Shown here in pieces: positions 48,453 to 57,903 of a stretch of DNA of 64,000 nucleotides. The DNA is taken from contig CAZHIA010000004.1 in the NCBI GenBank assembly GCA_964532425.1, forward strand, positions 19,740 to 83,739, read 5' to 3'. The notes below the pieces were generated by a model. The model did no database searches. It saw only the letters and a list, made by a program, of their open reading frames with translations, and was not told where the DNA came from. The stretch comes from an uncultured Candidatus Saccharibacteria bacterium (GTDB taxonomy: Bacteria > Patescibacteriota > Doudnabacteria > UBA920). The position numbers were made by a program, and so were the translations under genes. Numbering within the stretch: the stretch's first letter is position 1; every line of letters starts with the position of its first letter.

Positions 48453-48528
48453 GGCGGCTATGGTATAATGGTTATTACGCTGCTCTGTGGAAGCGGAAAT
48501 ACGGGTTCAATTCCCGTTAGCCGCCCCA
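48453..48528 (+). tRNA. tRNA-His (anticodon GUG)
   Basis: G-1, GCGGCTA/TAGCCGC acceptor stem, CTGCT-CTGTGGA-AGCGG anticodon arm, GGTTCAA, C73 and CCA. Confidence 0.96.
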
Positions 48529-48530
48529 TG

Positions 48531-48563
48531 ACAAAATCCCTGCCTGAAAGGCAGGGATTTTGA
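48531..48563. terminator. Bidirectional terminator
   Basis: caaaatccctgcct-gaa-aggcagggattttg. Confidence 0.75.
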
Positions 48564-48575
48564 TTTGGGAAAATA

Positions 48576-50399
48576 TCAGGCAACAGGCGGCTTCAGCGGC
48601 AGGTGGACGGTTACCGTTGTCCCCTTGCCCAGTGTCGATTCCAGAGAGATGGTACCGCCATGCCCGGTAATGATCGTTTTACAAATGTACAAACCAAGGC
48701 CGGTGCCGACATTTTTCATATCGATGGCGTTCGTAGCGCGGAAGAACTGGGTAAACAAAAGATCCTTGTCCTTGTCCGGTATGCCGATGCCGGTGTCTGT
48801 TATGCGGATATGAGCCTGCGTTTCGTCCGCGTTTAGATCAATATCAATAGTCCCGTTCTGTGGGGTGTACGTCACGGCGTTGTCAACGAGGTTTTCAAAC
48901 ACCGATATCAGGTACAATGAATTACCTAACAGCACCGGCATGTTAGCCTTACTGGTACAATTCCACACTAAGTGCTTTTCGGTAATTATCTGCAGACGCT
49001 TATCATGGAGCTGTTTGAACACAGTCGGGAGATCGACGGGCATCTTGAGGGCATTCTTATAATCAAAACCCAAGTCAGAAACCGTAATAAGATCGCGAAT
49101 GATCGCACCAAGCTGCTCGAGACCCGCGCCCAGATCCTGTTTGAGTTGGGCTTCTTCCTCGATCTTCGTTGTTTTTTTCAAGAGGTCAAAATTCCATCGT
49201 GCAATAGACATGGGCGTGCGCAACTGGTGGGAGGTATTTTTGATGAGCTGCTCTTTAATGCGCGATACTTCCTGTTCCTTGCGCAAAGACTCAGCCAAAG
49301 CCTTCTCGCGTATCTCTATGGCTTTGAGTTCCTGCAGGCGCTTGAGATCATCCCCCATCCGGTTGAAAACCAACCCCAGCTCTTCCAGTTCGTCATGCGT
49401 CGGAATGTCGATCTTATACTCGAAATGACCTTGTCCGATCCTGGTCGCACCAGCCTGCAAAATCCGCAGCGGGGAAAGGATCCTCCGTCCTGCCAGCCAG
49501 CCCAGAAACGCAGCCAACAGTATGGCGATCGTTGAGAACAGCAACACTTGATATTGAATATCCTTCACGATCTGGAACGCATCGGCCTTCGGCCATTCCG
49601 CAACGAGCGCCCACTTGAAATTGTTCAGCGGCAATCCGGCCGCTAATACGGTCTCGCCGAGCACGCCGGGGCGCTGGTCATCACCAAGCAGCCCGTCATG
49701 CTGCTGTCCAGCAAGAAGTCCTTTTGTCCATTGCCAATCCCCTATATTTTTTCCCTGGAGGGATGGATTAGCACTGGCAAAGATGGTGCCCGACGCGTCG
49801 ATAACATACACGTAGTTGGTCTGCCCCAGACCGGCACGGCTGATTGTGCGCACCAACGGATCCAAATTAATAATCCCAGAAATAACCATGACCACCTCAC
49901 CGCTCTTATTCGTGACCGGACCGGCAATGGTCATTAATGTTCCGGATTCCGTATATTGCAGGGGTCCGAAATACAGTTTTCCGGTCTTGGCGCGCTGAAA
50001 ATATGGTAACCGGCTGACATCCTGCTTATTGATTCCGCTGGCATCCTGCACCTGCGAAAGTTTGAAGGTCTCCTTACCGGAAGCGTCAATGAGCGAGGCC
50101 TCGATGATATTCTTATTCTCGGTGAGCAAGTCTTCAAGCAGCGATTCCTGGTCGGCGGCACTGATACTTAAAAACTGAGTGTACCCGACGTGCACATCGA
50201 ACAAACCCGCCGTATCTTCCAGAAAGCGATTAATCTCTGCGCTCTGCTGCTTGAGCAGCTGCGTTTCCATCATCGCAACGTCCTGGCGGTGGGTGTACGT
50301 AATATAGTACTGAGCCACGATCCCCAGCATGACCAGCGGGAGCAGCCCAAGCAGGACGAAGGCAATGGTTAATTTTGTACCGAGACTAATGATGCGCAT
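48576..50399 (-). CDS. Sensor histidine kinase (dCache-HAMP-HisKA-HATPase)
   Basis: Two TM segments; DELEELG..FNRM HAMP; SHQLRTP; NLVDNA, DTGIGI, GTGLGL. Confidence 0.93.
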   Translation of the reverse strand: MRIISLGTKLTIAFVLLGLLPLVMLGIVAQYYITYTHRQDVAMMETQLLKQQSAEINRFLEDTAGLFDVHVGYTQFLSISAADQESLLEDLLTENKNIIEASLIDASGKETFKLSQVQDASGINKQDVSRLPYFQRAKTGKLYFGPLQYTESGTLMTIAGPVTNKSGEVVMVISGIINLDPLVRTISRAGLGQTNYVYVIDASGTIFASANPSLQGKNIGDWQWTKGLLAGQQHDGLLGDDQRPGVLGETVLAAGLPLNNFKWALVAEWPKADAFQIVKDIQYQVLLFSTIAILLAAFLGWLAGRRILSPLRILQAGATRIGQGHFEYKIDIPTHDELEELGLVFNRMGDDLKRLQELKAIEIREKALAESLRKEQEVSRIKEQLIKNTSHQLRTPMSIARWNFDLLKKTTKIEEEAQLKQDLGAGLEQLGAIIRDLITVSDLGFDYKNALKMPVDLPTVFKQLHDKRLQIITEKHLVWNCTSKANMPVLLGNSLYLISVFENLVDNAVTYTPQNGTIDIDLNADETQAHIRITDTGIGIPDKDKDLLFTQFFRATNAIDMKNVGTGLGLYICKTIITGHGGTISLESTLGKGTTVTVHLPLKPPVA

Positions 50400-50419
50400 G
50401 ATTTACACTCAATCAATGA

Positions 50420-50470
50420 GGCCGATAAATCGGCACGCTACATTATTTATAAAAAGAATCGGCACACTAC
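50420..50470. repeat. GTAGCGTGCC-family REP copies
   Basis: ggccgataaatcggcacgctac and partial aatcggcacactac. Confidence 0.75.
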
Positions 50471-50498
50471 ACGATCATAATCAATGCGACACGCTCCA

Positions 50499-51323
50499 TT
50501 AATACCTCAACCCTAAACTCTTTTTCGCTTCTTCCGAAAGGTACGTATACTGAAGCGGCCGGAACCTGCCGCTCCCCATTAAATCAGTGCTCGTGGGCTG
50601 GCTCATCGGACCGGCATACTGGTCTTTGAGGCCGAATGTGTGGCCAAGTTCATGGGCAAAGACCGTGACTCCGTAATCCTGGTACGTGTCATTGGATAAG
50701 TAATCGCGAGAGACTAAAAAAGCCGGCCAGCTGTTGTCAGGCAATGAGACCAAATCACTTTCCGGCTGAGCCTCATTCCCCACCAGCAACGTCGCCGAAC
50801 TGCCGACACCCTCATAGAGAATGGCAATGACCGTGTAAGTATCCGTGTTCTGTTGTTCCAGGGAAGGGTCATACAACAGCGAAGCCTTGTCCTGCATGCG
50901 GGCTACCAGCTCCTGGCGCACGGCAAGCAAACCATGCGGATTGCCGCGGTTCGTATCAGCGCCATCATATTGGGAACTCGCACGCTCGCCAATGACCGGC
51001 TGCGCATGTACATCTACGGTAAAACTGCTCGCGCCGTGAAATTGCAAGGTGTAAAACTTTACCACCTCGGCCAACGCTTTCTCATAAGCCGGCTGCCAAT
51101 TGTCCATGGTCCGGGACACCGCGTCTTTCGGGATGAAATAAAAGGCTTTGATCCTCACCGTCGACAGCGGTACCTGGCCATTGTTAGCGTAGTGCAGTTG
51201 CACCGCTTCACTCCTTAACCCGATTCTCTTTACCTGATTGCGAATAACCAAAAAGACACCTGCTCCGATAAGAAGCAACAACAAAACTCCTAATAATAAC
51301 TTTTGATTCGTATATATTTTCAC
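50499..51323 (-). CDS. Membrane-anchored zinc metalloprotease (metzincin-like)
   Basis: N-terminal TM segment; HELGHTFGLKD and Met-turn DLM; likely GTG start at 51323. Confidence 0.8.
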   Translation of the reverse strand: MKIYTNQKLLLGVLLLLLIGAGVFLVIRNQVKRIGLRSEAVQLHYANNGQVPLSTVRIKAFYFIPKDAVSRTMDNWQPAYEKALAEVVKFYTLQFHGASSFTVDVHAQPVIGERASSQYDGADTNRGNPHGLLAVRQELVARMQDKASLLYDPSLEQQNTDTYTVIAILYEGVGSSATLLVGNEAQPESDLVSLPDNSWPAFLVSRDYLSNDTYQDYGVTVFAHELGHTFGLKDQYAGPMSQPTSTDLMGSGRFRPLQYTYLSEEAKKSLGLRY

Positions 51324-51407
51324 TTGTATCCGGCAGTAGTTACCATAATTCGAATGACCCGAATAACTCAATCCAAATGCCCCAAATGAGGACTATTCGG
51401 GGCATTT

Positions 51408-51494
51408 GCCTGCCTGCCCCGGCACCATCATATGGTGCTCGGGCCTGCCGGTAGGCAGGGATGTGATTCGTGGACCTGCCTGCCGGTAGGCAGG
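51408..51494. repeat. CCTGCCTGCCGGTAGGCAGG palindromic repeats
   Basis: Two copies, one split by ccggcaccatcatatggtgctcgg; related sequence at 48337-48357. Confidence 0.7.
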
Positions 51495-51508
51495 TTCGGA
51501 TTATTACT

Positions 51509-54500
51509 CTATACCTTATTCAAAGCCTTGCGGGTCAGCGTATCGAGCACCCCGCTCTGCTTTAACCCCTGTGACTGCTGATACTGTTTGACCGCAAGTA
51601 CGGTCGCATCGTCAAACGTCCCTGTCACTTCGCTTGAAACCGGCAGGAAGCCGAGCGTCTGCAGGGTCTGCTGGAGATATTTTACTTCGGTGTCTTTCCG
51701 TCCTTTACTGAGATACTTGGTAAACGCCGTGTTCTTGGGTGGCTGCGGCAGCTTCTTTATTGCACCACTGACCCGTACGGACAGAGCAGCCGTAAATCCT
51801 GACTCGTTACCAGCAGCATCAACGGCCACCAAGCGATAGTAGTAACGTTTGTTGGCCTTAACGGCAGCGTCCTGAAAGAACGAACCGGTTTCCATGGAAG
51901 CAATCGGCGAGCCGATATCTTTAGCCGACTCCGAACGATAGACCTTGGTGTGGTGGAAATCGACTTTGGGGTCGGTCCAGGTCAAGGTAACTTGGGTTTT
52001 ACCGGTGCGGTACCCTTTCACGTTCAGCGGAGTCAGAGGCGGCGTTACATCAGCCGGGGCAACCAGCGCAAACCTGGTAAAATGCCTGACATGAAGAATA
52101 ATCCGATGGTTTTGCTTATCGACGGTGTAATTATCGATCTTAACCCAGGCGCCGACTGACTCATCAAAATAACTTGGCGCCAAACGGTCCTCCGAAACAC
52201 CGAGTTTGAGCAAGTCTTCCCGGGTATATGGCAAAGTGATTTCCACATCGTTTGCCAAAGCAGTGACCGGTTTTTCCGACTGATCCTTCATGCTAATATC
52301 GTACACCGTACCAATAACCCTGGCGGTTTGTTGCGTAGGAACTTCAACAGTCGGCTTGACATCAACCTGAACACTCTGAGCAGCCGGAGCAGCACCCGCA
52401 GGTACCACCACGCCTGCGCCGCTGCTGGATTGTACGATGACAGGTTCGGTAGTCGAACTGGTTGCCGATACCGCTTCCGGAAGCGGTTTAGAAGAAACTT
52501 GCAAGAGAATAACGGATATCATCGCTGGCTGGGAGGAAGTGTCAACGACTGTTTCCGCAGACTTGTATGCGTACCCAGCGACCACTTTTCCCGCTCCGAT
52601 ATGCCAGCGCTGGCCAACGGCAAGCGTCAAAGCGAATAATCCGTCCGCGTCCGTACTGGCGCTGGCTGTCCCGCCCTGTTCCGACCAGGCCCACACGGCC
52701 GCTTCCGCTATTGCAGTACCGTTGGACATCTTCGTGTTTCCGCTCACCGTGACCGTAGTCGCAGCTTGAGGTTTTTTGAAAACAACCGTTACTGATTTGT
52801 CTTCACCAATCACAACAGTGAAATTTTGATCAATGGGATTCACAAAACCTTCCCCTGCTGGCGCATAAAAGTGCAAAGCATAATTTCCTGGCACGACCAT
52901 AAAGCTCACCGCACCCACGGAGTCCGTCTTTTTGAATTGGGATGGGAGTGCCGCAGAAGCACCCGCGACCGGAGAGATCCCGATACCTGCGCCAGCCATG
53001 GGCTTCCCCTGCTCATCTGTGGCAGCAACGGTAACCTTGGCAGTCAGCACGGTAACCGAAAAGTTCAATGTGGCCGTTTCCGCTATGGAATTGTCTGCTA
53101 GCGTAATCACTTGCGGCTGGTTCTGCCAGACCCAGGTTGCAGCCGTCGTGGTCGCGGGCAGAATACTGATATTCCACACGCCAGGACTAAGCTTTAGATA
53201 ATATGTTCCGTCACCGGCAACCGGCGCAGTCAGCCACTGCCCCGTGGTCTGACTCACCGCTTTCACGACTGCATCGGCAACCGCTTTGCCGTCGCCCGTC
53301 CGAACCGTTCCAGAAACAGCCTTACTAGCCGCTGCCAAAGCCTTTAACTGGAATGACTGATCCAACATTTGACCTGCAGTGACGGTAATACTTGCCGGCG
53401 CCGGTTTGACCAAATCATTCCGGTCGCTCGGCAGCAACACCTCGACAGAGTAACTACCGGGAGCCAACGTAATGGAATACGTGCCGGTAAAGCCGGTTAC
53501 TGCCTGGGTGTTCACGCTGAAGTCGGCGTTATACGCATGGATCCCGACTTTTGCCACTGGTTGCCCACTCTCGTCTGTTATGGTTCCGGTTACGATTGCC
53601 AGTGTAACGGCGGTAGTGCTCGGAGCCGCAGTCTCTGCGGTCGTAGTCGATACAGAAGAATTCGGCGCTACTTGATTTACTCCGACAAGCGGCGAAATAT
53701 TCGTTTTCCCGGGTACAACGCTCACAATATTCGAGACCGCTGAATAGAGCGGATAAGCCCCCGGGGCTGGCTGTGCAAACGCCTGAACTTTGTAATAATA
53801 GTAGACCCCTGCAGAGACATTCGTGTCCGTATACTCCGTCGTATTGGCTGACACGTTACCAATATCAGTCCAGCCTCCCGAAATAAGTTTGTACAACTTA
53901 AAACCCGTCTCGTTCGTAGAATTATCGGTCCACCTCAAACTCACATAACTCGTACTTGCCATAACTACTGCAAGGTTTGAAGGCGCGGCAGGTGCCGTAA
54001 TTGACGGCGAAGTCGTCGTCGGAGCAGTGACAACACTCGAGGATGTAGTCGTGGTAGAAGCTGCCGGAGGGGCAGTACTCGTACTGGCAGTAACCGTGAC
54101 GGTCGCTGTATTCGATACCGGCGAATACGCAATCGAATTCGCTGACTGGATAAAAGACTGTACGCGGTAGTTGTAGGTCTGCCCAGCGGTCACGGAAGTG
54201 TCAGTATATGTAGTCACACCCGCACCCACATTCGTAAGTTCGGTCCACAGACCGCTTTTTATTTTGTACAGTTTGAACCCGGACTCATTCGTTGAATTAC
54301 TGACCCAAGTCAGTTTTACAGAACCACCAACTACGGTAGCAGCCATACCACTCGGGGCATATGGCGGCGTAAGGGAGGATGAGCCGGTTCCAGAGGTGGT
54401 GGAGGTAGAAGGCGCGACCACATTCACTACTACGCTGTCAGTGGCTGTCCCATTCGCTCCAGTACAGGTCATTCCATACGTATTTTGCGCGACTACCGAT

Positions 54501-55708
54501 ACGCTATTAAACTGCCAGCTGCCAGAAGTTCCCTTGTTTGTATTGCCCCATGTTCCCGATGTCACACAACTGGTAGCGTTAGAGGAAGTCCACGTAGCGG
54601 TATAATTTGTCGGGGCGGTCAGGGTCAGCGGACCGTCTTGATTATTTATCTTAATATCAACCGTGACCGGGTTGTTAGAGGTAACACCCGAACCGGTGCC
54701 AGCAGTCGATGCTGCCGCAACTACCGTCACGACATTGGAAACACCCGAGTATATAGGGTAATTATTTCCCTGCTGATTATAGGCTTGAACTTTATAGTCA
54801 TTGCTCACCCCTGGCGTAACACTGGAATCAGTATACGTTGTGACATTCGCCCCCACGGTGCCGATCTCCGTCCAAAGTCCGGTAATGGTCTTGTAAATCT
54901 TGAAGTTGGTTTCGTTCGATGAATTATCGGTCCAGCTCAGGACATTCTTACCAACAGCGGCAGATACCGAAAGACCGGTCGGGGCGGCCGGTGTAACCAC
55001 TGAGCAGGATTGAGCAAAGCCCGCTGAGGCACCGCTGGCATTCGCATATGTATTGTTAGCATCATACAAAACCGCTTCAAACGTGACCGGATTCTGGTAG
55101 CGGCCGCAGTACATTCCTAAGAGAGTCATAAAATCGGAATCAGTACACTGCGAGAGCAGAGCGGCCATGGTCGACACCGTCCCCTTGTTGATTTTAGCGT
55201 AATCCCTCCCTGAGTCCGCAAACGGCAGCATCGTAGGCAGGGCAACATCAGGCCGGCGAACCACGCACATGCCAGTATACTGTGTCGTAGGCTGGGTTTG
55301 CTGCTGGGTTGCCTGAATTACATGGATTATCACAGAGTCACTGGCACCATCACAGCTGATGGTAAAGGTGTAATCTGCGGCTAATAGTCCTGAAACCTGC
55401 TGGGTGCCGTTACCGGAAGCAATGGGTTGGCCCATAGTGCTGCCCATAGTCCCGGAGACCTGGCAATTTGCCGTGTCGGACGAGGTCCAGCTCACCGTAA
55501 ATGTTGCCGGCGCAGTCATGGTTACCGGGCCATCACTGTTATCCGCCTTAATGTCCGCCACAGCTGCCGTTTGCGCAGTCACGCTCAATAACGGGACAGT
55601 CGCGGCTACAATCAAAACAGCAATAAAACCCGCACAAAAAAATGCCGGGTTTAAAAAAAATCCGAGAGAGCGCCTGGAGGGCCTGCGCAGGCTTGAGAGC
55701 TTGCTCAT
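51509..55708 (-). CDS. Large surface protein: Ig-like, 3x FN3, carboxypeptidase-regulatory-like repeats, ZU5/GAIN-like domain, FN3, peptidoglycan-binding domain
   Basis: Signal/TM segment; repeated LxWTDNSxNExxFKxYK...YTD...YxVQA; GTITDESGQPV repeats; VRHFTRFAL; LSKG..DTEVKYLQQTL...GTFDDATVLAVKQYQ...GVLD. Confidence 0.82.
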   Translation of the reverse strand: MSKLSSLRRPSRRSLGFFLNPAFFCAGFIAVLIVAATVPLLSVTAQTAAVADIKADNSDGPVTMTAPATFTVSWTSSDTANCQVSGTMGSTMGQPIASGNGTQQVSGLLAADYTFTISCDGASDSVIIHVIQATQQQTQPTTQYTGMCVVRRPDVALPTMLPFADSGRDYAKINKGTVSTMAALLSQCTDSDFMTLLGMYCGRYQNPVTFEAVLYDANNTYANASGASAGFAQSCSVVTPAAPTGLSVSAAVGKNVLSWTDNSSNETNFKIYKTITGLWTEIGTVGANVTTYTDSSVTPGVSNDYKVQAYNQQGNNYPIYSGVSNVVTVVAAASTAGTGSGVTSNNPVTVDIKINNQDGPLTLTAPTNYTATWTSSNATSCVTSGTWGNTNKGTSGSWQFNSVSVVAQNTYGMTCTGANGTATDSVVVNVVAPSTSTTSGTGSSSLTPPYAPSGMAATVVGGSVKLTWVSNSTNESGFKLYKIKSGLWTELTNVGAGVTTYTDTSVTAGQTYNYRVQSFIQSANSIAYSPVSNTATVTVTASTSTAPPAASTTTTSSSVVTAPTTTSPSITAPAAPSNLAVVMASTSYVSLRWTDNSTNETGFKLYKLISGGWTDIGNVSANTTEYTDTNVSAGVYYYYKVQAFAQPAPGAYPLYSAVSNIVSVVPGKTNISPLVGVNQVAPNSSVSTTTAETAAPSTTAVTLAIVTGTITDESGQPVAKVGIHAYNADFSVNTQAVTGFTGTYSITLAPGSYSVEVLLPSDRNDLVKPAPASITVTAGQMLDQSFQLKALAAASKAVSGTVRTGDGKAVADAVVKAVSQTTGQWLTAPVAGDGTYYLKLSPGVWNISILPATTTAATWVWQNQPQVITLADNSIAETATLNFSVTVLTAKVTVAATDEQGKPMAGAGIGISPVAGASAALPSQFKKTDSVGAVSFMVVPGNYALHFYAPAGEGFVNPIDQNFTVVIGEDKSVTVVFKKPQAATTVTVSGNTKMSNGTAIAEAAVWAWSEQGGTASASTDADGLFALTLAVGQRWHIGAGKVVAGYAYKSAETVVDTSSQPAMISVILLQVSSKPLPEAVSATSSTTEPVIVQSSSGAGVVVPAGAAPAAQSVQVDVKPTVEVPTQQTARVIGTVYDISMKDQSEKPVTALANDVEITLPYTREDLLKLGVSEDRLAPSYFDESVGAWVKIDNYTVDKQNHRIILHVRHFTRFALVAPADVTPPLTPLNVKGYRTGKTQVTLTWTDPKVDFHHTKVYRSESAKDIGSPIASMETGSFFQDAAVKANKRYYYRLVAVDAAGNESGFTAALSVRVSGAIKKLPQPPKNTAFTKYLSKGRKDTEVKYLQQTLQTLGFLPVSSEVTGTFDDATVLAVKQYQQSQGLKQSGVLDTLTRKALNKV

Positions 55709-55743
55709 ATAGCTATAAATTATATTTTTATTTATTTGAAATT

Positions 55744-56133
55744 TTATCCTACGTTGAAATAATGCCTGACCGATCCCAGCACATCGTCCAGGTGGATTGA
55801 AGCTTTCACGAGGTAATCAGAAGCACCAAGTGCTTTTCCTTTTTCTACTTCCTGGGGTCCACCAAGGTTGGAGACAATAAGAACCGGAACATTTTTCCAT
55901 GCCGGCAGCGTTTTGATGTGTTCCAGGACTTCAAATCCGGTCATACCGGGAAGCATCAGGTCCAGCAGGACAATATCTGCAGGCTCATGACTATCAACGT
56001 ACTTTACCGCGTCTTCGCCCGTGACGGAGAACTCCACGTCAAAATTCTCTTTTTTGAAGATAAAATCGTACGCCTTATCCAGATACGTATCATCTTCAAC
56101 GATATAGATTTTTCTCTTTTTTTCTGTTTCCAC
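55744..56133 (-). CDS. Single-domain response regulator (receiver)
   Basis: IVEDD, LLDLMLP, VSN, DYLVK. Confidence 0.93.
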   Translation of the reverse strand: METEKKRKIYIVEDDTYLDKAYDFIFKKENFDVEFSVTGEDAVKYVDSHEPADIVLLDLMLPGMTGFEVLEHIKTLPAWKNVPVLIVSNLGGPQEVEKGKALGASDYLVKASIHLDDVLGSVRHYFNVG

Positions 56134-56218
56134 GCCTTTGAAATATTAACAACAGCCAGAAGACCAGCCATTGTCCTTACCAATATTAATTATGACACGA
56201 ATCATAAAAAACACCAAA

Positions 56219-57004
56219 TCACAGTGTTAATGTCACTTGCCCGTCTTTCCGCTTCATTCCGCGGTTGGGTAGGGTAAAACGAAACACCGAGCCTTTACCC
56301 AATTCCGATTCCACCCAAATCCGCCCGCCCCAGCTCTCCACAAGGGACTGGGCAAGGGACAAACCAAGACCTGAACCCTGACTATCGAATTTCCGAGCAT
56401 TCGTCGCCCGGTAAAACATGCTAAAAATCTTATCTTGTTCGTCATGCGGTATGCCGATTCCCTGGTCCCGTACGGAAAACATGATGTTATCCTTCGTATA
56501 TTCGATGGAAAGAGTAATGCACGTATTCGGTGGGGAATAATTGATGGCGTTCGTGAGCAGGATCTGGAGCAGTTGCCACAGAAATTCCGGGTCAGCCGGG
56601 ACTTTCGGGAGCTGTTCAGGAACCGAATACAGGCACACGGTCAGATGCTTGCCCATAACAAAAGGCTTTAGGGCGTCTACGGCTCCGCGCACTGTCAGCA
56701 ACAAATCCAGCGGCTCCGGCTGGACAATGACTCGGCCGGAATCCAGCCGACCAACGCGCAGCAGCACCTCCTCCAGTTTTTTTAGATGATCAAGGATCTC
56801 GGAAAGATTTCCGACAAGAAACTTTTGGTCATCGTTCAACGGGCCAGCCGAACCGTTTCCCAGCATATCCAAAAACCACCGCAACGAAACCAGCGGTGCC
56901 CGCAATTGGTGGGCCATGAGCGAAATAAAGTCTACCCGCCCGCCACCTGAGTGGCCGGCATTTTTTATCGATTTTTGTTTCATTTGAGACTGTTTTGAAA
57001 TCAC
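56219..57004 (-). CDS. Cytoplasmic histidine kinase lacking a sensor domain
   Basis: AHQLRAP, LLTNAINYS, DQGIGI, GSGLGL. Confidence 0.9.
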   Translation of the reverse strand: MISKQSQMKQKSIKNAGHSGGGRVDFISLMAHQLRAPLVSLRWFLDMLGNGSAGPLNDDQKFLVGNLSEILDHLKKLEEVLLRVGRLDSGRVIVQPEPLDLLLTVRGAVDALKPFVMGKHLTVCLYSVPEQLPKVPADPEFLWQLLQILLTNAINYSPPNTCITLSIEYTKDNIMFSVRDQGIGIPHDEQDKIFSMFYRATNARKFDSQGSGLGLSLAQSLVESWGGRIWVESELGKGSVFRFTLPNRGMKRKDGQVTLTL

Positions 57005-57185
57005 CTCTAGTATACCAGATTTCCCCTTATTTTGGCCAACCGAAGCCAGACTACGTCCAACGCAGCAAATATCTTACCCTCTCTGTTTGCCTGGCGCGTG
57101 GCAAGGTGCCGTCCATCTACGGCCCCTCAACTGACTATCCGGGGCAATAGTCAATACAATTAGGACAAAAAGTTTGAGGCGTACC

Positions 57186-57863
57186 TCAAGATTTTTCTGG
57201 CTGTTCATTTTTCGTTAAGAGATCCTCACACACGCGATACCACTCACCAATCAGTTCCTTCCTTTTTTGTTCACCGCCCTCCCCGACCTCCTCCCGGACT
57301 TCGCGCGTCAAAAAATCTGCCAATAGGCTCACTATCGCCTGGAAGCCGAAAGCTTCCACTATAGGGCGGACGCGCGCTTCGTCGTAGAGGTCCCCCAAGT
57401 GTTCCTGGGCGTAGACCAGACAGGTCTGCAGGCGCTCTTGCCGATCCTGGTCACGAATCCGCTGCTGCTCTTCAGGATCGACCTTATCATTCTTGTGAGC
57501 CACTGCATACTCATACCCCTCGTACCATTCGGCAATGACCTGGTCCCGGGTCATCGTTTCACCTTCTGTGGGATAATCTTCGACAAGTATCAATTTTTGC
57601 CCCAGACTCTGTACAGCCGCGTACCCGAACGCGAGCAGGATCGGGCGGACCCGGGCCTCATCAAATGCATCCTTCAAATACTCCCGGGCGTATCGCATAT
57701 TCACCGGCAGACGCCGCTCCCGTTGAGATTGTTCCCGCTCATTCTCCTTCTGGCGCTGCATCTCCAGCATTCTCTCTGCCGCTTGTCGTTCGCGCTCAGG
57801 CCGGTTTAACTCGTCTTGCAGATCCGCCAGCCGCGTGTAATGGTCCGGTATTTCTATACTCAT
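57186..57863 (-). CDS. Hypothetical protein with internally duplicated helical domain
   Basis: Two copies of YAxExLxDx(F/Y)DEARVRPIxxAFG...IxEWY. Confidence 0.7.
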   Translation of the reverse strand: MSIEIPDHYTRLADLQDELNRPERERQAAERMLEMQRQKENEREQSQRERRLPVNMRYAREYLKDAFDEARVRPILLAFGYAAVQSLGQKLILVEDYPTEGETMTRDQVIAEWYEGYEYAVAHKNDKVDPEEQQRIRDQDRQERLQTCLVYAQEHLGDLYDEARVRPIVEAFGFQAIVSLLADFLTREVREEVGEGGEQKRKELIGEWYRVCEDLLTKNEQPEKS

Positions 57864-57903
57864 ATTTGAAATTTATTTACTGTTTACAATAAAATTTTTA
57901 AAC

